Shown: positions 40,038 to 49,943 of the stretch, piece by piece
Numbering within the stretch: the first letter of the stretch is position 1
Layout of the letters: the number at the start of each line of letters is the position of its first letter
Assembly (NCBI GenBank): GCA_963745035.1
Contig: CAVUVW010000014.1
Location: forward strand, 736,001 to 800,000
Origin: an uncultured delta proteobacterium
GTDB taxonomy: Bacteria > Desulfobacterota > Binatia > UBA9968
Direction: 5' to 3'
DNA: 64,000 nucleotides
Notes under the pieces: model-generated
Database searches by the model: none
Told to the model about the DNA's origin: nothing
The model's input: the letters and a program-made list of their open reading frames with translations, nothing else
Translations under genes and position numbers: made by a program

Positions 40038-41045
40038 ATGCCGATTCAGATTGACCGGAATAGAGCAGAGAATCTTGAGCCTCAATTCAACGAGGCGCTC
40101 GAACTTGTGCGCAACGAATTTGACGGGCTCGACGCACATCGCGGGTACCGAAACGCGTTCGCACGGCTGCTGAAACCGGATCCGCTTGGGCGGGTGCCGA
40201 TGATGGGTACCGACCAGCGCGAAATGTTCGTTCCCGAGCTGCGCCGCACCATAGAGATGTCGGTGCCTAAAGACGGTCACATCTTCGACTTCGGAGCAGG
40301 CGACGGTCAAACTTTCGCCTTAGTCGCGGATTCAGTGCCGCGGGGCACGCGCGTCTCCATCGAGGAACCCAATCCCGAATATCTCGCAAGCTATCGCGCT
40401 TTTCTAAAAACAAGGGCGCATTTGCGGCCCGGCATGGCGATGGAGGAAGAATTTGACGAGATCGATGCGGCGGCCGCGCGCTCGGGGGAAGACCTGCCGT
40501 CGGACGGCAGTATAGACCTCGCCCTCGCGATGCACATGATCTATTTCGTCAACGACTTTGCCGGCAGCATCGCGAGGATGGTGCGCTTCTTGAAGCCCGG
40601 CGGTGTGCTGTTCGTCGTGGTGACCGACGAAACCGTCGGCTATACCGGCCTCGCGCTGAAAAGTTTTATCGACCGCGGGGGCGAAACCGGCGACAACGCG
40701 CGGTATCTCTCCGTTATCGACGAACGCCGCCGCTTGCTGGAACTACCCGCGCAAGGCGGCGGTGCTATTGCCGCGGCGCTCGCTGCCGCGGGAGCTCCGG
40801 TGGAAATCAACGTGCGGCGCCAGCCGAGCCGACTCTACGGACACAGTCTCGCCGACCTGATCGCGCTCTCCTCGATTGCGAACCTCGCCAACGTCGAAGA
40901 CCTTGAAAAGTTCGAGGCCGCAGCTTCACTGCTGCGTCACAACCCTGAAGCCGCGGACCTGCGCATCGAAGACGACGGCCCCCGCAAAGGCATGTGGAGC
41001 GTCACCCAACCGCAATGGGTCGCAGTTCTTCGTCGGACGCGCTAG
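40038..41045 (+). CDS. class I SAM-dependent methyltransferase
   Basis: IFDFGAGDG, EEPNP, HMIYFV, LKPGG. Confidence 0.8.
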   Translation: MPIQIDRNRAENLEPQFNEALELVRNEFDGLDAHRGYRNAFARLLKPDPLGRVPMMGTDQREMFVPELRRTIEMSVPKDGHIFDFGAGDGQTFALVADSVPRGTRVSIEEPNPEYLASYRAFLKTRAHLRPGMAMEEEFDEIDAAAARSGEDLPSDGSIDLALAMHMIYFVNDFAGSIARMVRFLKPGGVLFVVVTDETVGYTGLALKSFIDRGGETGDNARYLSVIDERRRLLELPAQGGGAIAAALAAAGAPVEINVRRQPSRLYGHSLADLIALSSIANLANVEDLEKFEAAASLLRHNPEAADLRIEDDGPRKGMWSVTQPQWVAVLRRTR

Positions 41046-41049
41046 CAGG

Positions 41050-41469
41050 CTATCCGCCCATCGGCGGCATTTTGGGAAATTTGGTCAGCGCCGGATTCAT
41101 GTGATCCCAAGGCTGGGCACTCGATGTGAAGATGTCCAAGGTCGGCTGATACAGGCTCGGGTCATCGAGGCTCCCGGCCGTGATCATCGCGAGGTCCGGC
41201 ATTGCGCTGGTCTTTCCGAACAAACTCGAACCGCACTCCGGGCAAAAACCGCGACTCAACGTATTACCACTGTCCGCTTTGGTGTCGTAATACTTGACCG
41301 CACCCGTGATCTTTAGCGCCCCGGCCGGCAGTCCGATGTCAGGTTCATACGCACCGCCGCTTGATTTTTGGCAATCGCGGCAGTGGCAATTGCCCATGAA
41401 AATCGGATCGGCCGAACATTCGTAGCGCACGCGGCCGCACAGGCAGCCTCCGGCAAATTTGATAGCCAT
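41050..41469 (-). CDS. GFA/CENP-V family Zn protein
   Basis: GGCLCGRVRY, CHCRDCQK, FCPECGS. Confidence 0.92.
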   Translation of the reverse strand: MAIKFAGGCLCGRVRYECSADPIFMGNCHCRDCQKSSGGAYEPDIGLPAGALKITGAVKYYDTKADSGNTLSRGFCPECGSSLFGKTSAMPDLAMITAGSLDDPSLYQPTLDIFTSSAQPWDHMNPALTKFPKMPPMGG

Positions 41470-41848
41470 GGTTTTTACTCCTCGCTTGTCCGTCAATTCT
41501 CAGCACACTTTTACCGCCGATAGATCGAAAAATCGATGGCATCCACTTTCAACTCGACGGAGGCATGCAGCGAATCAGTGCCTATGCTGGGCCAGGACCA
41601 GCGTCGGGCGCTGATGCTTTCCATGCAGAGCCCATTGAGATACTGTTCATGACCTGGCCGTTATCGACAGATCGCCTCCAATCGCCGGCGCAGTTCGTTG
41701 CGGATCTTCCCCAAGTGCGAGACTCGTGATTATTGTCGGCACCAAACACGGCTCTCATTTTGAGATTTTGAGATTTCTCAAAACCCGCAGGCTCGCCCAT
41801 AAAACGGGGCTGCAGTCTGACGGCTCGAGCCGAGAAAGTGAGCGGGTC

Positions 41849-41898
41849 TGAACGACTTGAACGGAGCGCAGCGGTTGAACGACTTAAACGGTTTGAAC
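41849..41898 (+). repeat. TTGAAC-periodic intergenic repeat, copy 2
   Basis: Same core as 39980-40004. Confidence 0.75.
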
Positions 41899-41936
41899 CT
41901 CGTTCTCTTGACCTGTTCCCTGTTGCCTATTTACAC

Positions 41937-43118
41937 ATGACAATACCCTTCCGGCCGCGCTGGTATTTTTTCGTCGCGCTCGTCTCCATGACGTTCATCG
42001 GGCCGCTCTCGCTCCATCTGTTTATTCCGGCCATGCCGGCGGTGAAGGAGGCCTTTGGCGTCTCGACCGGCATGGCGCAGCTCACGATGTCGCTCGCGAT
42101 GCTGTCGATGGCGTTCTTTACGGTCGCGTACGGCGGCTTGTCCGACCGCTTCGGGCGCAAGCGCGTGCTCCTCGGCGGGCTGGTGCTGTTTACCTGCGGC
42201 GCGGCTGCCTGCATGGTCGCCGGCAACCTGCCGATGCTGCTGGCGGGGCGCATATTGCAGGGAGCGGGAGCCGGTTGCGGCGTCGTGCTGGCGCGCGCCA
42301 TCGCGCGCGATGTCTACGGCCAGGAGCGCGTTGCCCAGGTGATCGCGTATCTCACTGCCGCCTACGTGCTCGGCCCGATGTTTGCGCCACTGATCGGCGG
42401 CCAACTGACGACGCTGTTCGGCTGGCGCGCGCTGTTCGTGCTTGCGTCGGTCGTGGGTCTGCTGGTGATCCTCGCGGTGACCTTCGCGGTGCCGGAAACC
42501 CGCGCTCGCAGCGCCGCTGCACCGCGCAGTGTATTCGCAGGCTACAAGTCGCTGCTGATGCGGCGCCGCTTCGTGGGCTTCATGCTACAGCCCGGACTGT
42601 CGTCGGCCGCCTTCTTTACTCAGGCGACCGCGGCATCGTTCCTCGCCGCCGAGCATCTCGGCGCCGATGCATCCGAGATCGGCCTGTGGTTCTTCGCCTT
42701 TCCGATCGGCTTCATGGCAGGAAGTTTCATCTCAGGTCGCATCGGCGCCAGCCGTTCGATCGAATTCATGACCATGCTGGGCGGCTTGCTCGGTGTCGCC
42801 AACGGCGCTCTACTCGTCGGCTGGCTCTATTTCGGCGGCGTCTCGATGGCCGCGCTCTACATCCCCGGCATGTTCGTCAGCCTCGCTCAGGGACTCTCCA
42901 TGCCATACGCGCAAGCCGGCGCGATGGCGGTCGATCCTCAACTTGCCGGCTCGGCTTCCGGCGCGGTGGTGTTCTCGCAGTTCTTCTGGCCGGCGGCGCT
43001 GCAGCAGCTCACCGGGTTGCTCGCGGACGGCACCTGGCTGCCGATGGCGTCGGTACACTGCGCCGCCGTGACCGGAGCGCTGCTCGCCGCCTGGATGGCG
43101 GTGCGAGCGAAGAGCTAG
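41937..43118 (+). CDS. Bcr/CflA family MFS efflux transporter
   Basis: LFIPAMP, GLSDRFGRKRV, GRILQG, ARAIARD, PET; about 12 TM. Confidence 0.9.
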   Translation: MTIPFRPRWYFFVALVSMTFIGPLSLHLFIPAMPAVKEAFGVSTGMAQLTMSLAMLSMAFFTVAYGGLSDRFGRKRVLLGGLVLFTCGAAACMVAGNLPMLLAGRILQGAGAGCGVVLARAIARDVYGQERVAQVIAYLTAAYVLGPMFAPLIGGQLTTLFGWRALFVLASVVGLLVILAVTFAVPETRARSAAAPRSVFAGYKSLLMRRRFVGFMLQPGLSSAAFFTQATAASFLAAEHLGADASEIGLWFFAFPIGFMAGSFISGRIGASRSIEFMTMLGGLLGVANGALLVGWLYFGGVSMAALYIPGMFVSLAQGLSMPYAQAGAMAVDPQLAGSASGAVVFSQFFWPAALQQLTGLLADGTWLPMASVHCAAVTGALLAAWMAVRAKS

Positions 43119-43133
43119 TGTTTTAAGCACAGT

Positions 43134-43270
43134 TGTCCTGAGCGCCGTCGAACTATGAGCGGAGTTTTTACAAGTCTGCCGCAAGGGAAAAATCCTTCTT
43201 AGATCCCTCACATCTCGTTCGGGACGACACGCCGGGCGTGTCGCTTGGCGCCCTTGCGCCTTGGCGCGAG
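43134..43270 (+). repeat. composite dispersed repeat, copy 1
   Basis: TGTCCTGAGCG..CGAA and TTCTTAGATC.CTCACAT...GACGACACG...CGTGTCGCTTG.CGCC.TTGCGCCTTGGCG, shared with 45439-45594. Confidence 0.75.
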
Positions 43271-43295
43271 CAACTCCTGATCCCAGGCGAATTAG

Positions 43296-44180
43296 CTAAC
43301 CAAGCTCGAATTCCGCGCTCTGGATGTCCCCGCCCCAGACGTCCACTGGAGTGCCGCTGGGGTAGACGATCGGTTGATGAGCCGCGTCATCGAGACGGCG
43401 GTGGGCCCAACCAAACTCTACGGCAAAACCTCCCGGGGTTTGCACGTAAACATGTACGGTTTGACAATTGGGATGGCGGCCTGGTCCCATGCCGATCGGT
43501 GCTCCGTGGGTGCGCATGAAGTGATACGTGCGCATGACGTCGTCGAGCGAATCGACTTCGAACATCACATGTTGCAGGCGGGGAGACTTCCCCGGCATGC
43601 ACGGCGCGAAAGCGATGCTGTGATGCCGCGCGTTGCAGCGCAGGAAACACAAGCGAATATGGTCGTCGATGCAGACCCAGTCGCTCAAGCGAAAGCCCAG
43701 CACACCGGTGTAAAAATCGTGCGACCGCTGGGTATCCTTAACCGTGAGCAGTGCGTGACCCAAGCCTGTGACGTTGAGCGCGCGCGTGTACCGCACAGGC
43801 TCTTTCTCGGTCTCGAAGCCGTACGATAGAGCCAGAGAATGGCCGTCGGGATCCTTGAACTCGATAAAGTCGGCCACCTGCCGTTCGAGACATTCCTCCC
43901 GGCTGCCTGGGCGCCAGTTTATGGCTTTGGCCGCGAGCCTAGTTTTCCACTCGGAAAGCGCGTCGGGCCCGCCGACGTCAAAGGAAATGTAATTCAGCAC
44001 GGGCTCGGGAGCGGTGCGCGCGGCCAGGCGATGTGGATAGCGATCGACCCGCGTGTAGGTAACGGTTCCGTCGGGCGAGTTGTTGGTCGGAAAACCAAGT
44101 ATGTCACGAGAGAAACGCGCGAACGTTTCGCGATCCGGCATGCCGACACCAATCTGCATAATCTCTTTTATCGTGCTCAT
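43296..44180 (-). CDS. extradiol ring-cleavage dioxygenase (BphC/HsaC-like)
   Basis: GLGH, FLRCNARHHS, LQHVMFEV, GRHPN, YVQTPGGFAVE. Confidence 0.88.
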   Translation of the reverse strand: MSTIKEIMQIGVGMPDRETFARFSRDILGFPTNNSPDGTVTYTRVDRYPHRLAARTAPEPVLNYISFDVGGPDALSEWKTRLAAKAINWRPGSREECLERQVADFIEFKDPDGHSLALSYGFETEKEPVRYTRALNVTGLGHALLTVKDTQRSHDFYTGVLGFRLSDWVCIDDHIRLCFLRCNARHHSIAFAPCMPGKSPRLQHVMFEVDSLDDVMRTYHFMRTHGAPIGMGPGRHPNCQTVHVYVQTPGGFAVEFGWAHRRLDDAAHQPIVYPSGTPVDVWGGDIQSAEFELG

Positions 44181-44390
44181 GGTAGATTTCCTTTCGCCGC
44201 AAAACACCGCGGCGGAAATATATTCTCTTAATCGCTCAGGTTCTACAACAGGTCTCAGCTCAGAAAGGACGCGATCCGATGGCGAGCAGCAACGTTATAT
44301 GTCCGGGCAAATTCAGGGATAATCAAGATATCATTAAAAGAACCCGAGGTTATGACTCCGATGCCACGATGACTGAGACAGACAACTTGG

Positions 44391-44420
44391 TTGACACGGT
44401 TAACAAAACTCATTTACAGT
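44391..44420 (+). promoter_or_regulatory. possible sigma-70 promoter
   Basis: TTGACA-N18-TACAGT upstream of the AAGGAGG RBS of the 44457 gene. Confidence 0.4.
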
Positions 44421-44456
44421 CAAATATACTTTTGAGATACAACGAAGGAGGTCGGT

Positions 44457-45320
44457 ATGATCGTCGAGAACCATGCCAAGGGACAAATCTCGTGGCCCAA
44501 TAAGGATCGCGTCGCCGTCGCGGTTACTTTTGACTTTCAGGGCGGCGAGCCGGTGCGGCCGGGAGCGAACGGAAAGTTAAACAACGAGGACTACGCGGAA
44601 GGAGAATACGGACCGAAGACCGGCATCTGGCGGATCCTGCGCATGCTCGACGAGGTCAACGTCAAGACCACTTTTCTCACCTGCGGCGGGATCGCGGAAA
44701 GATACCCCGACGCAATGAAAGCGATCGCCGAGCGCGGCCATGAAGTCGCGGGGCACGGCTACCACCATGAAATTGCCCGCGATCTGACCCGCCAGGAAGA
44801 AAAGGATTGCATCCGGCGCACCACCGACATGCTCATGAAGCGAACCGGAAAAGCTCCGATCGGTTGGCGCACGTGCACGCAGAGCGACGACACCGTCGAG
44901 CTGCTGATGGAAGAAGGGTACGTGTGGAACAGCAATTCGTTCGCCGACGATCTGCCGTTCGTGTGGGAAAACGAAGAGTCGCGGCTGGTCGAGCTGCCGC
45001 GCCAGCCGTTCGGCGACGGCCGACTCTATGGACATCAGAACCGGGCGGGCGATCATCCGGAGAACGCGCTCCGGCTATGGAAGCGCTTCTTTGACGACCT
45101 TTACGCCGAATCGGCGAGGGCGCCGATGTTCACGACCTTCCAACTGCATCCGTATGTGTCGAGCCGGCTCGGCAGAACCAGCGCGCTCAAAGAAATGATC
45201 GAATACATGAAGGCCCACCATGGCGTGTGGTTTGCCACCGGCATAGAAATCGCGGAATGGTGGCTCGAGCAAAACTTTTCAGAAAAACCCGCGCGCCTGC
45301 GCATGGCCGCGGCTTCCTGA
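44457..45320 (+). CDS. polysaccharide deacetylase family (PuuE/PgdA-like)
   Basis: TFDF, YGPKTGIWRIL, GHEVAGHGYHH, DDLP, LHP..SRLGR. Confidence 0.85.
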   Translation: MIVENHAKGQISWPNKDRVAVAVTFDFQGGEPVRPGANGKLNNEDYAEGEYGPKTGIWRILRMLDEVNVKTTFLTCGGIAERYPDAMKAIAERGHEVAGHGYHHEIARDLTRQEEKDCIRRTTDMLMKRTGKAPIGWRTCTQSDDTVELLMEEGYVWNSNSFADDLPFVWENEESRLVELPRQPFGDGRLYGHQNRAGDHPENALRLWKRFFDDLYAESARAPMFTTFQLHPYVSSRLGRTSALKEMIEYMKAHHGVWFATGIEIAEWWLEQNFSEKPARLRMAAAS

Positions 45321-45438
45321 TTCGAACACGCAGCGCGCGGATGCCGAGCGAAACTTTCTCCGCCTCAGCCGGCATCCGCGCTCCCTTCTCACATTTTCCC
45401 GATGCGCGTCCAAATCTCGGAGTATCTCGCGTAAAGCA

Positions 45439-45594
45439 TGTCCTGAGCGACGCCGAAGGGCCGCGAAGACCGCGACGGAAACCCTGCTTGTCATCATTTC
45501 GAACGAAGAGAGAAATCTTTCTTAGATCTCTCACATTTCGGTCGAGACGACACGCACCGCGTGTCGCTTGACGCCTTTGCGCCTTGGCGGGAGA
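45439..45594 (+). repeat. composite dispersed repeat, copy 2
   Basis: Direct copy of 43134-43270 segments. Confidence 0.75.
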
Positions 45595-45961
45595 ATTTCT
45601 GAATCCGAACGTCCAGCGCAGGACCAGGCTGGCTCAAGTCATTCGCGTCGGGAGCTTGAAGGACGGCAAGGTGACCATCTTCGTGCCGCCGCACAAAACT
45701 GACGGGTTAGCTGGTTCATGCCCATGCTTAGGTTTGATAGGGAAGATTTTTGCAGTATTCATCAACTCCAGACTTGAGCCCTCGGGTGAGCCTTTCTGAA
45801 CCCGGGAGCCGGCGTGCGATTTACGAGGTGCGCGCCGCAGTTTTGATTCAACGCGTAATTTTTACGGTGGATTTGATTTTGCAATTTACTGCTGAAAGGC
45901 CCGGCGTCCTATTGCGCTGCGGCCAGCCTAAATTGTCATGTATCCACCCTCGGAGGTGCGC

Positions 45962-46945
45962 ATGCTGCGCTTGACCTTGGCTGCCGGCCACTATGATCGG
46001 ACAGAGGCGCTCCGCGACGGTCGGGTCCGCGCAGAGGGCATCGACTTGAGCTACATCATGCTGCGCGTGGAAGAAATTTTCTGGCGCATGGCTCAGCACC
46101 GCGAGTTCGACGCCTCGGAGTTCTCGCTCGGCGGGTATGTGGTGCGCCGCGGGCGCGGCGCCGACGACCTCGTCGCGATCCCGGTTTTTCCGTCGCGCTT
46201 CTTCCGGCAGTCGTGCATCTTCGTCCACGAGGGCTCGGGCATCCGCAGCCCGGAGGGCCTTCGCGGCAAGCGGATCGGCGTACCCGAGTACCAGATGACG
46301 GCCGCGGTGTGGGCGCGCGGTATCCTGGCAGACGACTATGGGGTACGTGCCGCCGATGTTGAATGGGTGCAAGGCGGGCTCGAGGAGCCCGGGCGCGTTC
46401 CATTCGAGCCCGCCGAGCCGGCGGGAGTCACGGTGGGCTTCGCGCCCGCGGACCGCTCGCTGGCGCAAATGCTGGAGAGCGGAGAGATCGACGCGCTGGT
46501 CACGGCCAGGACGCCCTCGACATTTCAGCGGGGTGGTAGGGCGGTGCGGCGGCTCTTCGGGAATCCTTTCGAGGTCGAGCGCGACTATTTCCGCCGAACC
46601 GGCATTTTCCCAATCATGCACACCCTGGTGGTCAAGAAAGAGATCCTCGAGGCCAACCCCTGGGTCGCGTTTACCTTGTTTAAGGCCTTCTCGGAAGCCA
46701 AGGATCTGGCGATGGCGGACCTGACCCAGACAAGCGCACTGCCGCTCAGTCTACCGTTCCTCGTCGAGCACGCCTACCAGACCATGGACCTGATGGGCGA
46801 GGACTTCTGGCCATACGGACTTGAGAACAATCGGCGCACGCTCGAGACGTTCGTGCGCTACATGCACGAGCAAGGACTGATCCCACAGCCGATGACAGTC
46901 GAAACCCTGTTCCCGCAGAGCACGCAGCGGACGTTCAGGGTGTGA
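45962..46945 (+). CDS. 4,5-dihydroxyphthalate decarboxylase-like protein, paralogue of 514-1506
   Basis: YDRTEALRDG, VEEIFWRM, FPSRFFR, GVPEYQMTA, IFPIMH, WPYGLE. Confidence 0.82.
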   Translation: MLRLTLAAGHYDRTEALRDGRVRAEGIDLSYIMLRVEEIFWRMAQHREFDASEFSLGGYVVRRGRGADDLVAIPVFPSRFFRQSCIFVHEGSGIRSPEGLRGKRIGVPEYQMTAAVWARGILADDYGVRAADVEWVQGGLEEPGRVPFEPAEPAGVTVGFAPADRSLAQMLESGEIDALVTARTPSTFQRGGRAVRRLFGNPFEVERDYFRRTGIFPIMHTLVVKKEILEANPWVAFTLFKAFSEAKDLAMADLTQTSALPLSLPFLVEHAYQTMDLMGEDFWPYGLENNRRTLETFVRYMHEQGLIPQPMTVETLFPQSTQRTFRV

Positions 46946-47021
46946 CGCGAAGCGGGAAAGCCAATTGGGTCTGCCTTTCAAGTCTCCAGTTTCTGAGCGA
47001 AGCCGTGAGAAGCAGCTGTGA

Positions 47022-47576
47022 TCATCCTTCTTGCAGGATCGCTTCGGCGTCGATCGTGATCTCAACCATGTTGCCGGCGACGACGCCACCCCTGTCTAAA
47101 GTGCTGTTCCATCTCACGCCGAAGTCGTGGCGATTGATCATGGTGGTGGCGGAAAAGCCCGCCCTAGTCTTCGGACCCTTATCCACGCCATCTTCCCACC
47201 ATGGAGTCTGCCACTGTCCTAGATAATGGACGCGCAGCGGCACCGTGCGGGTTATACCTCGAATCGTCAACTCGCCCGTGAGAACCGCTTCGTCCGCGCC
47301 GGTCAATTCCACGTGCTTCCCTGCGAAGGTAATCTTCGGATGTTTCTCCACGTTGAGAAAGTCCTCGCTCTTGAGGTGGGCGTCGCGCGCCGCTTCACCT
47401 GTCCAAATTCCAGAAGCTTCGATCGTGGCCTCGACGGAAGTCGCGCCCGGGTCCGCCTGATCGAAGACAAGCGTGCCGTGAATATCTTTGAAATGGCCGC
47501 GGACGAAAGTCACCATCATATGACGCACAGAAAACTCCGCCGCGGTATGCCCGGGTTCGAAAAACCATTTGGCCAT
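47022..47576 (-). CDS. YceI family protein
   Basis: HTAAEFSVRHMM, RDAHLKSEDF, GELTIRG, INRHDFG. Confidence 0.92.
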   Translation of the reverse strand: MAKWFFEPGHTAAEFSVRHMMVTFVRGHFKDIHGTLVFDQADPGATSVEATIEASGIWTGEAARDAHLKSEDFLNVEKHPKITFAGKHVELTGADEAVLTGELTIRGITRTVPLRVHYLGQWQTPWWEDGVDKGPKTRAGFSATTMINRHDFGVRWNSTLDRGGVVAGNMVEITIDAEAILQEG

Positions 47577-47861
47577 AATCCGCTCCTTTCAAGTAAAGAC
47601 ATTATCTCGACTCGTTTTACCCTAACGCCTACCGCACCGGATTCAATCTCATCAGCCGGTTTTCGAGGCAACAGGCATTAGGCAGCAGGCAACAGGGAAA
47701 CATCCCAGCGGAAGTTGCTTTTTAAGCCCGCTCCCTTCGGAGCACACAATTCCGCTCGGGCCGAGTCACGATTCGGTCACGGTCTTACAGTTCAGCGTTG
47801 CAGCTTGTTCACGTGGCACGGTCCGTGTAATAGTCCGGTCATCACTGCCGAGGAGTCAGCC

Positions 47862-48824
47862 ATGGAGAGCAGAGCCGGAAGTGCGCAGCATCAACGACCC
47901 CGCTTCGGTTACTTGCACCATATCAGTCTACCGTGCCGCGATGTGGAAGAATCAAAGCGATTTTATACCCAGGTATTGGGTGGGGAACTCTACCATGACA
48001 TTCCGGGATTCGCCGAGGTACGCATCGCCGACATTATCTTCGGCATGTCTCAGCAATCCGGCGGTTGGACGGGGCCGACGGTGGAGTACCCGCATTACGG
48101 ACTGAATGTCGACGGAAGAAATTTTGCGCTGGCCCGCCGCTGGCTCGAGGCATGCGAAGTGCCTCAGCACGGCTGGACTCGAAACCACAAAACCGCGCTC
48201 CTCTATTTTCGCGATCCTTCCGGCAATCTACTCGAGATCTACTGCGACAGCGGCTACGAAGACATTGGCGAGCTGGCGCTCGGACCGCGCCAGGGCGGGA
48301 CACCGCTGCCGCTGGAAGCGCTCCAGTATCGATGGAACGGAACCGTGGGAAATGCCGCCGAGCGGCCGCGCATCCATTCCTTCGGTCACCTCAGCATGCC
48401 GGTGCGCGACATCGAACAATCCAAGCGCTTCTTCATCGAGGTGATGGGCGGCGAACCGATGTCAACGAGCGATCCAGAGACGTTCACCGAGGTTCGCGTC
48501 GCCGGCGCGGTCGTCGGCTTGTCGACGCGCGGGGGCGCGCCGACTGGGCGCGATGTCGAATATCCGCATTACGCGTTTCACGCCGACGCGGAGAATTTCC
48601 TGCCGATGATCGAGTGGCTCAAATCCCGCGGGGTGGTCACGCCGGGCCCGTGGACGCGCGACGGCAAGAAAGCTTTGATGTACTTTCGCGATCCATCCGG
48701 AAACCTGCTCGAGATCTATTGCAGCGGCGATTTTCCGGCAGCGTCGACTTTTCCGCGCGGCATCAAGCAAGGCGGTACTTACAACACGGATTACGCCGAT
48801 TTGTACTACGACTGGCGCGGCTAG
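47862..48824 (+). CDS. tandem-duplicated VOC family protein
   Basis: Two halves each with H.S.P.RD.E.SKRF, EYPHY, YFRDPSGNLLEIYC; AGGAG RBS. Confidence 0.88.
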   Translation: MESRAGSAQHQRPRFGYLHHISLPCRDVEESKRFYTQVLGGELYHDIPGFAEVRIADIIFGMSQQSGGWTGPTVEYPHYGLNVDGRNFALARRWLEACEVPQHGWTRNHKTALLYFRDPSGNLLEIYCDSGYEDIGELALGPRQGGTPLPLEALQYRWNGTVGNAAERPRIHSFGHLSMPVRDIEQSKRFFIEVMGGEPMSTSDPETFTEVRVAGAVVGLSTRGGAPTGRDVEYPHYAFHADAENFLPMIEWLKSRGVVTPGPWTRDGKKALMYFRDPSGNLLEIYCSGDFPAASTFPRGIKQGGTYNTDYADLYYDWRG

Positions 48825-49044
48825 GTTCGTACATTACTGCCACGGGCCGTCACGTCCTAGAGCAATCCTTCAGCGTGAAGTCGCGGCTGACGCGGCATCG
48901 TCGTCGCGCAGCATTAGTAATAGTAGACCTAGGCAAGTCTGACACGAATGCTCCTCAGTTGTGATCACGCCTGTTGTGAATCATGATCCGCGATTTGCCG
49001 GATTACGCATGGGTTCAATTACGCATATTTGAAGGAGGCATCGT

Positions 49045-49491
49045 ATGAGACGGATTGTTTTCGTACTGGTTGCGGTTGTAGCGTTGGCCGGCATGGTCGC
49101 CTACATGGCCCCCGCATCTGGACAGGCCAAAAAAGGGACACGGGACGACTTGGCGGGCAAGCTTGCTCGGCGCGAGGTCCAACGCTCGCCCTTATCGATT
49201 CCAAAACGCGAGATGGTGCAGGTGGAGACGTTGATTCCGGCGGGAGTCGAGTCCGGATGGCACATTCATCCAGGAGAAGAGGTCGGCTACATCATCGCAG
49301 GCCAGGTCGAGATGATGGTACAGGGACGTACGACCGTAGTACTGAACCCGGGCGATGGATTCCTGATCCCGCCGCGGACCCCTCATAATGCGCGCGACAT
49401 CGGCCCGGAAACCGGGCGGATGCTGTCGACTTATATCGTCGAGACAGGCCAGCCGATCGCGACGTTCGTGGACAAACCCGTTCAGAGATAG
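49045..49491 (+). CDS. exported cupin domain protein
   Basis: Signal peptide, WHIHPGEE, PHNA. Confidence 0.85.
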   Translation: MRRIVFVLVAVVALAGMVAYMAPASGQAKKGTRDDLAGKLARREVQRSPLSIPKREMVQVETLIPAGVESGWHIHPGEEVGYIIAGQVEMMVQGRTTVVLNPGDGFLIPPRTPHNARDIGPETGRMLSTYIVETGQPIATFVDKPVQR

Positions 49492-49943
49492 CTCGTGCTA
49501 GCGAGGGTCATAGGATGCCATCTGCTCAAGACCGTGCCTGTAATCGACGACGGAGTTGAAGTTTCGCAGCGCCCAGGTCTCGGCGGGATACAGAAGATGA
49601 TCTGATTGCACGGTACAGCGAAGTCCGACGGTGAGTAGCCGGCGGCAGCGTCAGACCTTCCGCTCCTCGGAGATCGTACCGCAGGTCATTTTCATCTTTT
49701 CGCATGGTTCGTTAGCTGTCCCACCCTCAGTCACCACGAAACACTCTTTGAATAATCTCTATTCGCTTCTCGTCTCCATCGTCAGGGGTTATTTGCGTTG
49801 TCGTTAACCCTGTCAGAATCACTTTGCTACTACACCACGGCGCTCGGCCGGTTGACGCCGCGGCCTATTTTTGGGTACGTTGCGTCCCGGATCCCCGGAG
49901 GCTCGTTGTCCTGCAACGCGAGGCGCGGCGGAAAAAAGGATTT

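Noticed and set aside
39962-41898. CRISPR array from TTGAAC repeats
   Set aside because: No regular repeat-spacer units and no cas genes
47814-47830. Sigma-54 promoter TGGCACG before the double VOC gene
   Set aside because: The -12 element reads GT instead of the required GC
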